Shown piece by piece: positions 8,765 to 17,212 of a stretch of DNA of 64,000 nt. How positions within the stretch are numbered: the stretch's first letter is position 1; each line of letters starts with the position of its first letter. Origin of the DNA: an uncultured Thermotogae bacterium (GTDB lineage Bacteria; Bipolaricaulota; Bipolaricaulia; RBG-16-55-9; JAJCYT01); assembly GCA_964572855.1 (NCBI GenBank), contig CAZNGF010000006.1, forward strand, positions 3,910 through 67,909, given 5' to 3'. Both the position numbers and the translations under genes were made by a program. The notes beneath the pieces are model-generated. The model was not told the origin of the DNA, searched no databases, and saw nothing but the letters and a program-made list of their open reading frames with translations.

Positions 8765-10150
8765 TTAGTCGGCCGCGGGCTGCCCTTGACGCGCTCCCTC
8801 CGGGGCGAGCAGCGGCGCGCCGGTGGCCAGCGGCCCCAGCGTGGGACCGGGCTCCTGACCCGGCTCGGCTTCGACGATGCGGCGGCGGCGGTAGTCGGTC
8901 GAGCGCTCGACCGGGACGCGGCCGATGCCCCGAATCATGCGCACGTAGTCGGCAAACGAGCGGAACGTCCCGTGTGCCCCGCCGGCGCGCTGGGTGATCT
9001 CCTCGCTCAAGAGCGTGCCCATCAGATCGTTGCCGCCGCAGTCGAGCAGGTGCAGCGCGCGTTCGTCGCCGTACTTCACCCAGCTCACCTGCACGTTTTC
9101 GACGTTGTCCAGGTACAGGCGCGCAACCGCGATCATCAGCTCGTCCTCTTCGTCGCTGGACGACCCCGTGACCATGCCCATCTGAAACAGCGGCGTATTG
9201 GGGTGGACGAACTTGAGCGGGACGAACTCGGTGACGTTGCCGGTGCGGTCCTGCAGCGCGCGGACGACGTCTAAGTGCATGACGCGGTGCATCTCGTTTT
9301 CGACGTGGCCGTACATGAGCGTCGCGGTCATGGGCAGGCCCGCCGCGGCTGCGCCCTCCATCCCTTTGACCCACTCAGCCGAGTCGATCTTGCCGGGGCA
9401 GATCACGTCCCGGACCTCGTCGACCAGCACCTCGGCGGCCGTGCCCGGCACGCTGTCCAGCCCGGCCTCAGCCAGCGCCCCGTAGACGCGCGCGTAGGAC
9501 CAGTCGGTCCCGCGCTTGGCGTGGTAGGCCTCCTCGGGCGTCATCGAGTGCAGGTGGACGCCGGCGACCTTCATGGCGCGCAGCTGCGCGACGTAGCTGC
9601 CGGGGTCGGCGTCGAACAGGCTCGGCGGCTTGTAGTTGGCTGGGTGCTTTTCGAGGGCCCGCCGGTGGGCCTCGTCCAGCACGAAGGCCGGGTGCAGGCC
9701 GCTCACCGAGCAGATCTCGGAAACCCCCTGGCGCACGCCCCAGGCCGCCAGCCTGTGGGTTTGCTCGACCGTGCGCGTGAAGCCGTCGTGCGCTTGAGTG
9801 GCGGATTTTTCGAACAGGTGGGCCGAGTCCTTGAAGTTGCAGAACAGACAGCCCACGGTGCAGGCCGTGGTCACGTTCAGGTTCATGTTGGCCACGAAGG
9901 TGACCTCGTCGCCGCAGAGCTCGCGGCGACGTCGATCGGCCAGCGCCAGCACGCGCGCCTTGCGCTCGGGGTCGACCCCCGGCCGGTCCGTGCCCGTGGT
10001 GAGCAGCTCGACGCCCTGTTCGACGGTCAGCCGCTCCCCGCGCCGGGCGGCTTCGAAGGCTGTCTCGAAGGTCGTCTCCGTTTGCGGGAGGTGGGCGAAG
10101 TCGTATTCCTTGGGGCGCGCGCCGGCGCGCGCCGCGTACAGGTCAGCCAT
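8765..10150 (-). CDS. cofH: FO synthase subunit 2 (7,8-didemethyl-8-hydroxy-5-deazariboflavin synthase CofH), radical SAM
   Basis: Radical-SAM motif CTVGCLFCNF. C-terminal GGNDLMGTLLSEEITQRAGGAHG...GRVPVERSTDY is typical of CofH. It sits directly downstream of cofG. Start taken at ATG 10150 (GAGGTG 4 nt upstream); the ORF track begins at 10183. Confidence 0.8.
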   Translation of the reverse strand: MADLYAARAGARPKEYDFAHLPQTETTFETAFEAARRGERLTVEQGVELLTTGTDRPGVDPERKARVLALADRRRRELCGDEVTFVANMNLNVTTACTVGCLFCNFKDSAHLFEKSATQAHDGFTRTVEQTHRLAAWGVRQGVSEICSVSGLHPAFVLDEAHRRALEKHPANYKPPSLFDADPGSYVAQLRAMKVAGVHLHSMTPEEAYHAKRGTDWSYARVYGALAEAGLDSVPGTAAEVLVDEVRDVICPGKIDSAEWVKGMEGAAAAGLPMTATLMYGHVENEMHRVMHLDVVRALQDRTGNVTEFVPLKFVHPNTPLFQMGMVTGSSSDEEDELMIAVARLYLDNVENVQVSWVKYGDERALHLLDCGGNDLMGTLLSEEITQRAGGAHGTFRSFADYVRMIRGIGRVPVERSTDYRRRRIVEAEPGQEPGPTLGPLATGAPLLAPEGARQGQPAAD

Positions 10151-10279
10151 GGGACACCTCGCTTTGGGGAACTGCAGAGACACAGAGGGTCGCAGAGGAG
10201 GTTCTCCTTATCCCGTCATTCTGAGCGAAGCGAAGAAATCCCCTCGCAGGCCCACGCCCGCTGGACCCGAATGCCGTGA

Positions 10280-11380
10280 TCATCCCGCCACCGCCGTTCG
10301 CAAGAACGCCTCGAAGCGCGGCGCTTGCAGCGCCGCCCGAATGCGCTCGCCGAGCCAGCCTGCGCGCTCCAGATACTGTGGGTAAACCGGCAGCCGCTCG
10401 ACTAAGCGCTTGCCGTGGCGGGCGGCCAGGGCCTCCAGCGCGCGCAGCGCGGGCCACTTGTAGTCGGGGTTGATGTAGTCGTCGGTCAGGGGCGAGACGC
10501 CCCCAAGGTCGCCCACGCCGCAGTCCAGCAGCGGTTCGACGTCGGAGAGGTTGGGCGGCACTTGCACCTCGACCTCGGGCGGCAGCGTCGCGCGCGCCAT
10601 GGCCACGACGCGGCGCATCGTCTCGACGTCGGGCGCGGGGCGCTTCCAGCGGCGGTTGGGCACGACGCTCTGGACGATGACCTCCTGAAGGTGGCCGTAG
10701 GCCTCGTGCAGGCGGCGCAGGCAAAGCAGGCTGGCGGCGCGGTCTTCCCAAGTTTCGCCGATCCCGACCAGGATGCCCGTGGTAAACGGTACCTGTTGCC
10801 GGCCCGCATACTCGAGCGTCTGCAGGCGCCGGCCCGGCTCCTTGCGCCGCGCCCCGGCGTGGGCCGGCACGTCGGCGCACGTCTCGAGCATGACGCCCAT
10901 CGAGGCGTTCACCGCCTTCAGGTCGCGCAACTGGTCCCAGGTGAGGTCCCCCGGGTTCGAGTGCGGCAGCAGGCCGAGCTCGAGCGCCCACTCGCAGGCG
11001 CGCAGGTGCAGCGCGTGCAGCGAGCCGTAGCCGCGACGCTCCAACTCGTCGCTCAGTTCGGTGTAACGGTCGTCCGGTCGGTCCCCGAACGTAAACAGCG
11101 CCTCGACGCAGCCGGCCCCGGCGGCCCGGCTCAGGGTCGTTTTGATCTCGTCGTCGCTCAAGGTTTTGGATTGGCCCGGCACGTCGTAGTAGGTGCAGTA
11201 GGCGCACGTGTAGCGGCAGGCCGTCGTGAGCGGGAGGAAGGCGTTCCGGCACACCGTGAGTTCGTCCGGTGCGCCCACGTCGGCCGGGGTCACGGCCAGC
11301 ACGCGCGCGATTTGCCGTTCCGAAAACGTGTAGTCGAGCTGAAGCTCGAACCGCTCGACGCCCGGCACGCGATAGGCCAT
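10280..11380 (-). CDS. cofG: FO synthase subunit 1 (CofG), radical SAM
   Basis: Motif LPLTTACRYTCAYCTYYD (CxxxCxYC). C-terminal GGVSPLTDDYINPDYKWPAL...RLPVYPQY is typical of CofG. Start at ATG 11380 (GGGAGGG 8 nt upstream); an alternative start lies at 11422. Confidence 0.8.
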   Translation of the reverse strand: MAYRVPGVERFELQLDYTFSERQIARVLAVTPADVGAPDELTVCRNAFLPLTTACRYTCAYCTYYDVPGQSKTLSDDEIKTTLSRAAGAGCVEALFTFGDRPDDRYTELSDELERRGYGSLHALHLRACEWALELGLLPHSNPGDLTWDQLRDLKAVNASMGVMLETCADVPAHAGARRKEPGRRLQTLEYAGRQQVPFTTGILVGIGETWEDRAASLLCLRRLHEAYGHLQEVIVQSVVPNRRWKRPAPDVETMRRVVAMARATLPPEVEVQVPPNLSDVEPLLDCGVGDLGGVSPLTDDYINPDYKWPALRALEALAARHGKRLVERLPVYPQYLERAGWLGERIRAALQAPRFEAFLRTAVAG

Positions 11381-11583
11381 CTGCAACGCCCTCCCTGCGA
11401 ATGTTGGGGGCCCATCATACACCCTGCACTTCCCCGGGGCGACCGCGCCGCGAGGTCGCGAAGCCGTTCCCCGACAAGCGGACAGGCGTCTTTGCTGAGC
11501 CGCGCTGCGGGGCGTAGGCTAAGAGCGCTTTTTCGCGCATTGGCGAACGCATTTGAGGGACTTCTAGAGAGTGGAGGGATGCC

Positions 11584-13317
11584 ATGCCGACCCGCATTCG
11601 ACGTACCCTGTGGCTCGTCGCGTTGCTGTTGAGCCTGCCGCTGGCGCTCAACGCGCAGGATCAGGCCCAGCAGATCACCGATGACAACGGGAACAAGCAG
11701 TTCGCGCGCATCAGCCGGGACGGCGGCACGGTGGCCTACGTGGGCGCCGTCGTGCCCGAGGACGCGGCCAACGGCTGCGTGGCGATCACGGACGACAACC
11801 AGGCCCTGTTCTGGGGCCCCAGCGACGGCGCGGGCGACCCGCAGGTCCTGGTCGAGGGCGTGGGGCCGATCGAGTCGCCCTCGCTGAGCGCCAACGGCCG
11901 CCGGATCGCGTTCGCGCGCCGCGCCGCGCCCGCGCCGCCCTCGGAGGACGGACAGGGCGGTGGCGGGGACGAGCCCAGCGGCCCGGAGCAGGAACCCGTC
12001 CCCGCGCCGAGCGACGACGACCCGTTCGCCGTGTTCGTCCTCGACGTCGGCGGCAGCCAAGGGCCGGTTCAAATCTCCCAAATCGACCCCGAGGCCGAGA
12101 CGCCGCAGGACGCGCGCCACCCCATGCTGAGCGCCGACGGCGCGACCGTGGTCTACGAGCAGGGCGGCGACATCTACGCCGCGCCGGCCGACGGCTCGGG
12201 GGGCCCTGAGAACCTGACCCAGAGCCCCGAATTCCTGGACCACAGCCCCACGATCGGCGACAACGGCGCGCAGATCGCCTTCAGCTCGGACGGCGACTAC
12301 CTGGGCACCAACGCCGACGGGGACGAGGAGATCTTCGTGATGACCTCGCTGGGCGCGGGGAGGCGCCAGCTCACGAACAACGCCGTGCCGGACCGCCACC
12401 CCTGGATCAGCGGGGATGCGGCCTGGGTGGCCTTCGAGCGCGAGTTCAACGGGCAGGTCGACGTGTTCGTGGTGCCGGCCGACGGCTCGGCCGCGGCCTT
12501 CGACCTGACCAGCACGTCGGGCGAAAATGAGACCTTCCCCAGCCTGAACACGGACGGCGCCGTGGTGGTCTTCCAGACCGGGAGCGAGGGCAACGTCCAC
12601 TATGCGCAGATGAACCGGGACGGCAGCGAGCGCGTGCGGCTCTCCAAGGCGGCCTCCCCCGCGCTCGAGGGCGTCAACATCGTCCTCAGCGGCGACGGCT
12701 CGCGCGCGGCGTTTGCCGCGCAGGAAGGCGCCACGCTCTGCCGCCAGGTGTTCGTGAGCGGCGCCCAGCCCAACGGTCCGCCGCTGGCCGACGGCGGCGG
12801 CGACCAGACCGTGCAGGTGGGCGCCACCGTCCAGCTCGACGCCTCCAACTCCAGCGACCCGGACGACGACGTGCTCGGCTTCGCGTGGGCCTTCGTGCAG
12901 AAGCCCGAGGGCAGCGAGGCGACCCTCGACGAGCCCAACAGCGCGGCGCCCAGCTTCGTCGCCGACGTCGAGGGCGAGTACCTGCTCGATTTGACCGTGA
13001 GCGACGGGCGCGAGGGCACGGACGCCGACAAGGTGCGCGTGACCGCCACGCCCGAGGCCCCGGACGAGCCCGGCGATCCGGGCGATCCCGGCGACGGGAA
13101 CGGCGACGCCTCGATCGAGACGGCGCTGGACGAAAACGACAACGATATCATCGATGACGCCGAGATGGCTCGCGCCATCGAGCTCTGGGTGTTGGGCGAC
13201 CCCGTGCCGGGCACCGACGGGCGCGTGATCGACGACGACAAGATCTTCGAGCTCATCGCGCTCTGGGTCCAGGGCGCGCCCATCGGCGGCAGCGCGGAGG
13301 CCCCTCAGCGCGTCTGA
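11584..13317 (+). CDS. secreted TolB-like beta-propeller / PKD-domain protein with acidic Ca-binding-like tail
   Basis: Signal peptide ending ALNAQ. Repeated PD40-type blades (SISRDGGTVAYV, PSLSANGRRIAFA, PMLSADGATVVY, PTIGDNGAQIAFSS, PSLNTDGAVVVFQ). A PKD-like unit (VQLDASNSSDPDDDVLGFAWAF...YLLDLTVSDGREG). D/N-rich C-terminus. Confidence 0.85.
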   Translation: MPTRIRRTLWLVALLLSLPLALNAQDQAQQITDDNGNKQFARISRDGGTVAYVGAVVPEDAANGCVAITDDNQALFWGPSDGAGDPQVLVEGVGPIESPSLSANGRRIAFARRAAPAPPSEDGQGGGGDEPSGPEQEPVPAPSDDDPFAVFVLDVGGSQGPVQISQIDPEAETPQDARHPMLSADGATVVYEQGGDIYAAPADGSGGPENLTQSPEFLDHSPTIGDNGAQIAFSSDGDYLGTNADGDEEIFVMTSLGAGRRQLTNNAVPDRHPWISGDAAWVAFEREFNGQVDVFVVPADGSAAAFDLTSTSGENETFPSLNTDGAVVVFQTGSEGNVHYAQMNRDGSERVRLSKAASPALEGVNIVLSGDGSRAAFAAQEGATLCRQVFVSGAQPNGPPLADGGGDQTVQVGATVQLDASNSSDPDDDVLGFAWAFVQKPEGSEATLDEPNSAAPSFVADVEGEYLLDLTVSDGREGTDADKVRVTATPEAPDEPGDPGDPGDGNGDASIETALDENDNDIIDDAEMARAIELWVLGDPVPGTDGRVIDDDKIFELIALWVQGAPIGGSAEAPQRV

Positions 13318-13334
13318 ACCGAACGCGCCGACCC

Positions 13335-13365
13335 GCGGGCGGGCCCCAACGCGCGGCCCGCCCGC
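13335..13365 (+). terminator. GC hairpin after the propeller gene (no U-tract)
   Basis: GCGGGCGGGCC-(9 nt)-GGCCCGCCCGC forms a perfect 11-bp stem 18 nt after the stop at 13317. There is no T-run, so intrinsic-terminator function is uncertain. Confidence 0.35.
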
Positions 13366-13475
13366 GCCTTCACCGGAAAACGACCTGCGCCCGCCCGTCT
13401 CGTCCCAGCCTTGAAAGCCGTTTCCTTGGGACGTTGTTTCGCCTCCCCGCCGCCCGGTGCGAAGCGCCTGTCCTC

Positions 13476-13504
13476 TTGATGGGGGACAAACGTCCTTCTA
13501 CAAT
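13476..13504 (+). promoter_or_regulatory. sigma-70-like promoter TTGATG-17-TACAAT
   Basis: The hexamers are read directly, with a 17-nt spacer. The -10 ends 21 nt before ATG 13526, and a GGAGGT Shine-Dalgarno lies between them. Confidence 0.5.
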
Positions 13505-13525
13505 GCGGGCACGGAGGTAACACCC

Positions 13526-14149
13526 ATGCAACGTTGGCTCAATTTCGTGGTCATGGTCACCCTGGCGGTCATGGTGGGCGTGAGCATCAACGCCAACCAG
13601 CAGGCGCTGGAACAGGCGCGTCGCCAAGCCTACCTTGAAACGCACCCCGAAATCACGAGCGAGCTGGCGGACGCCATCCTGCGCGGCCGCCTGCAGGAGG
13701 GGATGAGCCCCGCCCAGGTCGCCGTCAGTTGGGGCGAGCCCGACGGGACGCTCACCCCGGAGGGCAGGCCGGAGGTCGCGCTGTGGGCCTATCCCAAGGG
13801 CATGGTCTGGTTCGAGCACGGGCACCTGCGCGAGTGGGGCGCGGTCCGCGGCCGGTTCGAAACCGGCGCCGACCTCGTGCGCCGCGTCGCCTACGTGCTC
13901 ACCCACGAGCTCGACGAGCGCACGGAAACGCTCATCCGCAAGGGAAGCATCACCAACGAGATGACCCCGGAGCAGGTGCGCGCCAGTTGGGGCGAGCCCG
14001 ACGAGATCCTGCCGCTCATGAGCGAGACGCTGGGCGAAACGCTCCTTTGGGTCTACAACCAGGGCGAGCAGCGGCAGGTCACCATCACCTTCCAGGAGGA
14101 CCGGGTGCTGGACTGGTCGGAGGTCCGGGCCGTGCAACCCCAAACATGA
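13526..14149 (+). CDS. membrane-anchored protein with two SmpA/OmlA (BamE)-like repeats
   Basis: N-terminal TM segment (WLNFVVMVTLAVMVGV). Duplicated motif GMSPAQVAVSWGEPDG / EMTPEQVRASWGEPDE resembles the gmtk.qV...lG.P signature of BamE-like domains. Confidence 0.7.
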   Translation: MQRWLNFVVMVTLAVMVGVSINANQQALEQARRQAYLETHPEITSELADAILRGRLQEGMSPAQVAVSWGEPDGTLTPEGRPEVALWAYPKGMVWFEHGHLREWGAVRGRFETGADLVRRVAYVLTHELDERTETLIRKGSITNEMTPEQVRASWGEPDEILPLMSETLGETLLWVYNQGEQRQVTITFQEDRVLDWSEVRAVQPQT

Positions 14150-14706
14150 GCGAGGGGGGGAGTCGGCGTCGCCCGGAGGCGCTGCCCCGGGTGACCGAAA
14201 GGCACCTGTGGCAAGCCGGCCTGACCCCCTTCCGTGCCCGCGACCGACACGGGCACGTCCTGATCCGGGTGGAGGAATACCCCCGCTGGGGCCTGCGTTG
14301 CCACCAGAGCCGGGCGTGGCACCTGTGGACGCTCTTTGAGGAAGCCGCCGCCGAAAACCCGGACCCATCGGGCTACGTCACGCTCATCACGGTGGACCGC
14401 CGCGACGACAGCGAGGTGGCCACCTTCCGCTGGACGCTGCTCGACGCCTGGCTGCGCGGGGAATCCCCTTTGATCTGGCCGCGCCGCCGGCCGCGCGTGG
14501 GCTTCGCCCACCACCGCATGCTGGAGGAGGCCGCCTCCGACAGCGAGGCGATTCCGCTGCTGGTCAGCCGCCAGCTGGGCCGGCCCGTGCTGTTGAGCCT
14601 GCCGCTGGCCACGCTCAAGGCCTGGACGAACGCGTTCCCGCCCCCCGAGGGATCCGACCCCGAAGGCGAACAGCTCTCGCTCGCGCTCTGGGGCGGACCC
14701 CACTAG
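14146..14706 (+). CDS. hypothetical protein (translationally coupled, ATGA overlap)
   Basis: ATG 14146-14148 overlaps the TGA at 14147-14149 of the upstream gene. 186 aa, no family recognised. The C-terminus is ...PEGEQLSLALWGGPH. Confidence 0.55.
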   Translation: MSEGGSRRRPEALPRVTERHLWQAGLTPFRARDRHGHVLIRVEEYPRWGLRCHQSRAWHLWTLFEEAAAENPDPSGYVTLITVDRRDDSEVATFRWTLLDAWLRGESPLIWPRRRPRVGFAHHRMLEEAASDSEAIPLLVSRQLGRPVLLSLPLATLKAWTNAFPPPEGSDPEGEQLSLALWGGPH

Positions 14707-14715
14707 AGGACACCC

Positions 14716-15810
14716 GTGCAGGAAACCCTAGCCCTGTTGCGATCCTGGTTCGACGCCCCCGGCGGGCAGGCGCTCGCGTTCGTGCTGGGGTCGCTGCTGG
14801 CGGCCTGGGTCGTGGACCTCGCCGTCACGCGCGTGCTCAGGCGGCTCACCCAGCGCACGCGCTCGACCGCCGACGACCGAATCGTGGCCGCGCTGCACCG
14901 GCCCGTGTTCACCAGCGTCGTGCTCGTCGGGCTCTACCTGGCGATCAACCGCCTGAGCGCGCCCGACCCGCCGTTGTTGGTCGAGCCGTTCCCGTTTATC
15001 CTGATCGCCTCGATCAAGACGCTGGCGGTCGTTTTGTGGGGCGTGGCGGCGTTCCGGCTCTCGAGAATCGTGCTGGAGGGGCTCAGCGGCATGGCCGACC
15101 GCGTGCGCTGGCTCGACGCGCGCACGCTCCCGCTGTTCGACAACGTCGCCAAGATCGCGATCTTCGGCCTGGGGATCTACTTTTTCATGCTGAGCTGGCA
15201 GATCGACCTGACGGCCTGGCTGGCCTCGGCCGGCGTGATCGGGATCGTGCTGGGGCTGGCGGCCAAGGACACCGTGGCCAACCTGTTCGGCGGCATGTTC
15301 ATCCTGGCCGACGCGCCCTACAAGGTGGGCGACTTCATCATTCTGGAGACGGGCGAGCGCGGGCGCGTGACCCAGATCGGGCTGCGCAGCACGCGGGTGC
15401 TCACGCGCGACGACGTCGAGATCACCATCCCCAACGCCCAGATCGCGAGCGTCAAGATCACCAACGAGTCCGGCGGGCCGTGGGAGAAGGAGCGCGTGCG
15501 CGCCACCGTGGGCGTGGCCTACGGCTCCGACATCGAAGACGTGCGCCGCGCCCTTGTCGGGGCCACCGAGCGCGCCGAGCACATCGCGCGCGAGCCCGCG
15601 CCCAGGGTGCGCTTCCGCGAGTTCGGCGACTCGGCGCTGATCTTTCAGGTGCTCTGCTGGGTGGACGAGCCCGTCGTGCGCGGCCGCGCGTTGGACGCGC
15701 TCAACACGGCCATCTACAACGCGCTCAACGACGCCGGAATCCAGATCCCGTTCCCGCAGCGCGACGTCCACATCAAGCAGGCGCCGGAGGCCGGCGAAAA
15801 CCAAACGTAG
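14716..15810 (+). CDS. MscS-family mechanosensitive ion channel
   Basis: Three or four N-terminal TM helices followed by the MscS core NLFGGMFILADAPYKVGDFIILETGERGRVTQIGLRSTRVLTRDDVEITIPNAQI. Confidence 0.9.
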   Translation: MQETLALLRSWFDAPGGQALAFVLGSLLAAWVVDLAVTRVLRRLTQRTRSTADDRIVAALHRPVFTSVVLVGLYLAINRLSAPDPPLLVEPFPFILIASIKTLAVVLWGVAAFRLSRIVLEGLSGMADRVRWLDARTLPLFDNVAKIAIFGLGIYFFMLSWQIDLTAWLASAGVIGIVLGLAAKDTVANLFGGMFILADAPYKVGDFIILETGERGRVTQIGLRSTRVLTRDDVEITIPNAQIASVKITNESGGPWEKERVRATVGVAYGSDIEDVRRALVGATERAEHIAREPAPRVRFREFGDSALIFQVLCWVDEPVVRGRALDALNTAIYNALNDAGIQIPFPQRDVHIKQAPEAGENQT

Positions 15811-15834
15811 GGGCGCACGGCCGTGCGCCCCTAC
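15807..15834. repeat. perfect 28-bp palindrome GTAGGGGCGC-ACGGCCGT-GCGCCCCTAC (terminator-like hairpin)
   Basis: Read directly. The TAG stop of the MscS gene (15808-15810) lies inside the left arm. The 10-nt arms are identical to those at 45040-45067. Confidence 0.75.
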
Positions 15835-15863
15835 GGACTAGCCCTTGCAGGTAGATTCTGGTG

Positions 15864-16829
15864 CTAGATCGAGCTCGACGGCGTCTGCCAGACGATCCCG
15901 ATGCTGCTCAGGTAGCTCATGTGCGGGTTGCCCACGATGTCGATCTCGGGCTTGAGGCCTGTACCCTCGGGGCTCACCACCGCGGCGCCCTCGTCGGGCA
16001 GGCAGTCGGTGGGCTCGGCGTCGTCGCCGATTACCGAGTTGACGTTGAAGGCGTCGTCGCCCGCGCTCAAGGGGATCGTGATCGTGATCCGGTCCCCGCT
16101 CACCGAGACGTCCGCGTCGTCCACCACGGCCAGCGTGTCGGTGTCGAGGATGGGATAGTTGCCGTCGCCGTTGCGCTCGAACATCGACAGGAAACGGTCC
16201 GAGCCGATGGCCGAGGGCGGCGTGCTCGGGCAGTACGTGCTGTTGGCCGAGTTGGCGCCCGTGGCAAAGCTCTGGTCCGTGTCCATGTCCAGGAAGCCGC
16301 CGAAGTCGCCGGCCTGCACCACGCCGCCCACCGGCGCGATGTCGCCGGTTGTGATCGCCGCGCTCAGCGTGTAGGTCACGATCAGCTCGGCCGCGGTGCG
16401 CTCGAGCTTCAGGCTGGTGACGTCGTAGGCCGCGCCGTTGAAGGCGTCGACGTCGCTGTCGACCAGCTCGGCCGTCTTGGGCGGCGCGATGGTCACGGTG
16501 GCCTCGCCCGTGGCCGTGCCCTTGGTGGCCTCGACCGTGACCAGCGTGACGTCGGTGATCCCGGCGCTGGGCGCGGTGTAGACGCCCGTCGAGGCGTCGA
16601 TGCTGCCCGGCCCGGCGCTCACCGACCAGGTCACGCCCACCACGGGCGCGCCGTTGTTGGTGCTGGCGCTGAAGGCCACGCTCTCGCCCAGCTCGACCAC
16701 GGTGGCCGCGGGCGCGACCACGATGGTGACGGCCCCGATGCAACCGGCCAGCCCCAAAAGCGCGCCCAGGATCAGGAGCGCGGTCAGATTTTGCGTGCGG
16801 CTTCGGCCCTTCCATAACTGTTGAATCAT
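15864..16829 (-). CDS. lipoprotein with Ig-like (Big_2-type) domain
   Basis: Lipobox LLGLAGC after a basic N-terminus. An Ig-like segment (VVELGESVAFSASTNNGAPVVGVTWSVSAGPGSIDASTGVYTAP). Start at ATG 16829 (GGGAGGAA upstream); the ORF track begins at 16862. Confidence 0.75.
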   Translation of the reverse strand: MIQQLWKGRSRTQNLTALLILGALLGLAGCIGAVTIVVAPAATVVELGESVAFSASTNNGAPVVGVTWSVSAGPGSIDASTGVYTAPSAGITDVTLVTVEATKGTATGEATVTIAPPKTAELVDSDVDAFNGAAYDVTSLKLERTAAELIVTYTLSAAITTGDIAPVGGVVQAGDFGGFLDMDTDQSFATGANSANSTYCPSTPPSAIGSDRFLSMFERNGDGNYPILDTDTLAVVDDADVSVSGDRITITIPLSAGDDAFNVNSVIGDDAEPTDCLPDEGAAVVSPEGTGLKPEIDIVGNPHMSYLSSIGIVWQTPSSSI

Positions 16830-17062
16830 CGTTCCTCCCGACGTATAAAACTTCATAATCACGGATCACCCCAAAGCGGCGACACTTGCTCCGTCCAGGG
16901 TAAACCGCAGGTCACGCGTTCAATAGCCCACGCTTCAAGCGCAAAGCGGACGTTCAGCGACCTCGGCGGGGGACACTTGGGAGATCGGCGGGGACCAGCG
17001 GATACCGCCTGGCACCTCATTTCTGGTAAAATGGAACCGGATAGAGGTAGAAGGAGGTCACA

Positions 17063-17152
17063 ATGGCCCGAAAGCGTGCCAAGCGACTTAGGGAGCTGCT
17101 CGGCCGGCTCTTGGGCCGGCCGCGTGGGCGCAAGGTTCTGGCGGGGAGTTAG
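17063..17152 (+). CDS. candidate 29-aa Arg-rich micro-protein
   Basis: GAAGGAGGT lies 5 nt before the ATG. A TGgTAAAAT extended -10 sits about 35 nt upstream. The peptide is MARKRAKRLRELLGRLLGRPRGRKVLAGS, and a hairpin follows at 17189-17212. It is below the ORF-track size cut-off. Confidence 0.3.
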   Translation: MARKRAKRLRELLGRLLGRPRGRKVLAGS

Positions 17153-17188
17153 GGAGAAAAAAGCGAGAAGATCACGTCATCTGCCTGC

Positions 17189-17212
17189 AGGGGTGCAGCC
17201 ACCTGTGCCCCT
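17189..17212. terminator. 10-bp hairpin overlapping the dxr stop codon
   Basis: AGGGGTGCAG-CCAC-CTGTGCCCCT (two G-U pairs). On the minus strand it reads TAG-GGGCACAGG..., the same TAG-GGGC stop context as the MscS and valS genes. Confidence 0.45.

Noticed and set aside
10207-10224. Shared AT-richer motif CTTATCCC(G/T)TCAT(T/C)CTGA in the cofG-cofH spacer (10207-10224) and the valS-folC spacer (47285-47302). A CCCGTCATTC core also appears upstream of the patatin gene (26901-26910). The first copy continues as TCATTCTGAGCGAAGCGAAG, which I vaguely recall as a dispersed repeat in some metagenomic genomes.
   Set aside because: A 16/18 match, or a 10-11-mer exact match, between any two places in 128 kb of two-strand sequence is expected many times by chance (my rough estimate is more than 100 pairs). 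The shared part largely coincides with Shine-Dalgarno-like GGGATAAGGAG sequence. It would need genome-wide counting before being called a repeat family.
17010-17025. TGGCAC-N5-TTCTG resembling a sigma-54 -24/-12 promoter upstream of the micro-ORF.
   Set aside because: The -12 element lacks the conserved GC (TTGC). No enhancer-binding protein gene or upstream activator site is evident, and an extended -10 sigma-70 element explains the position better.
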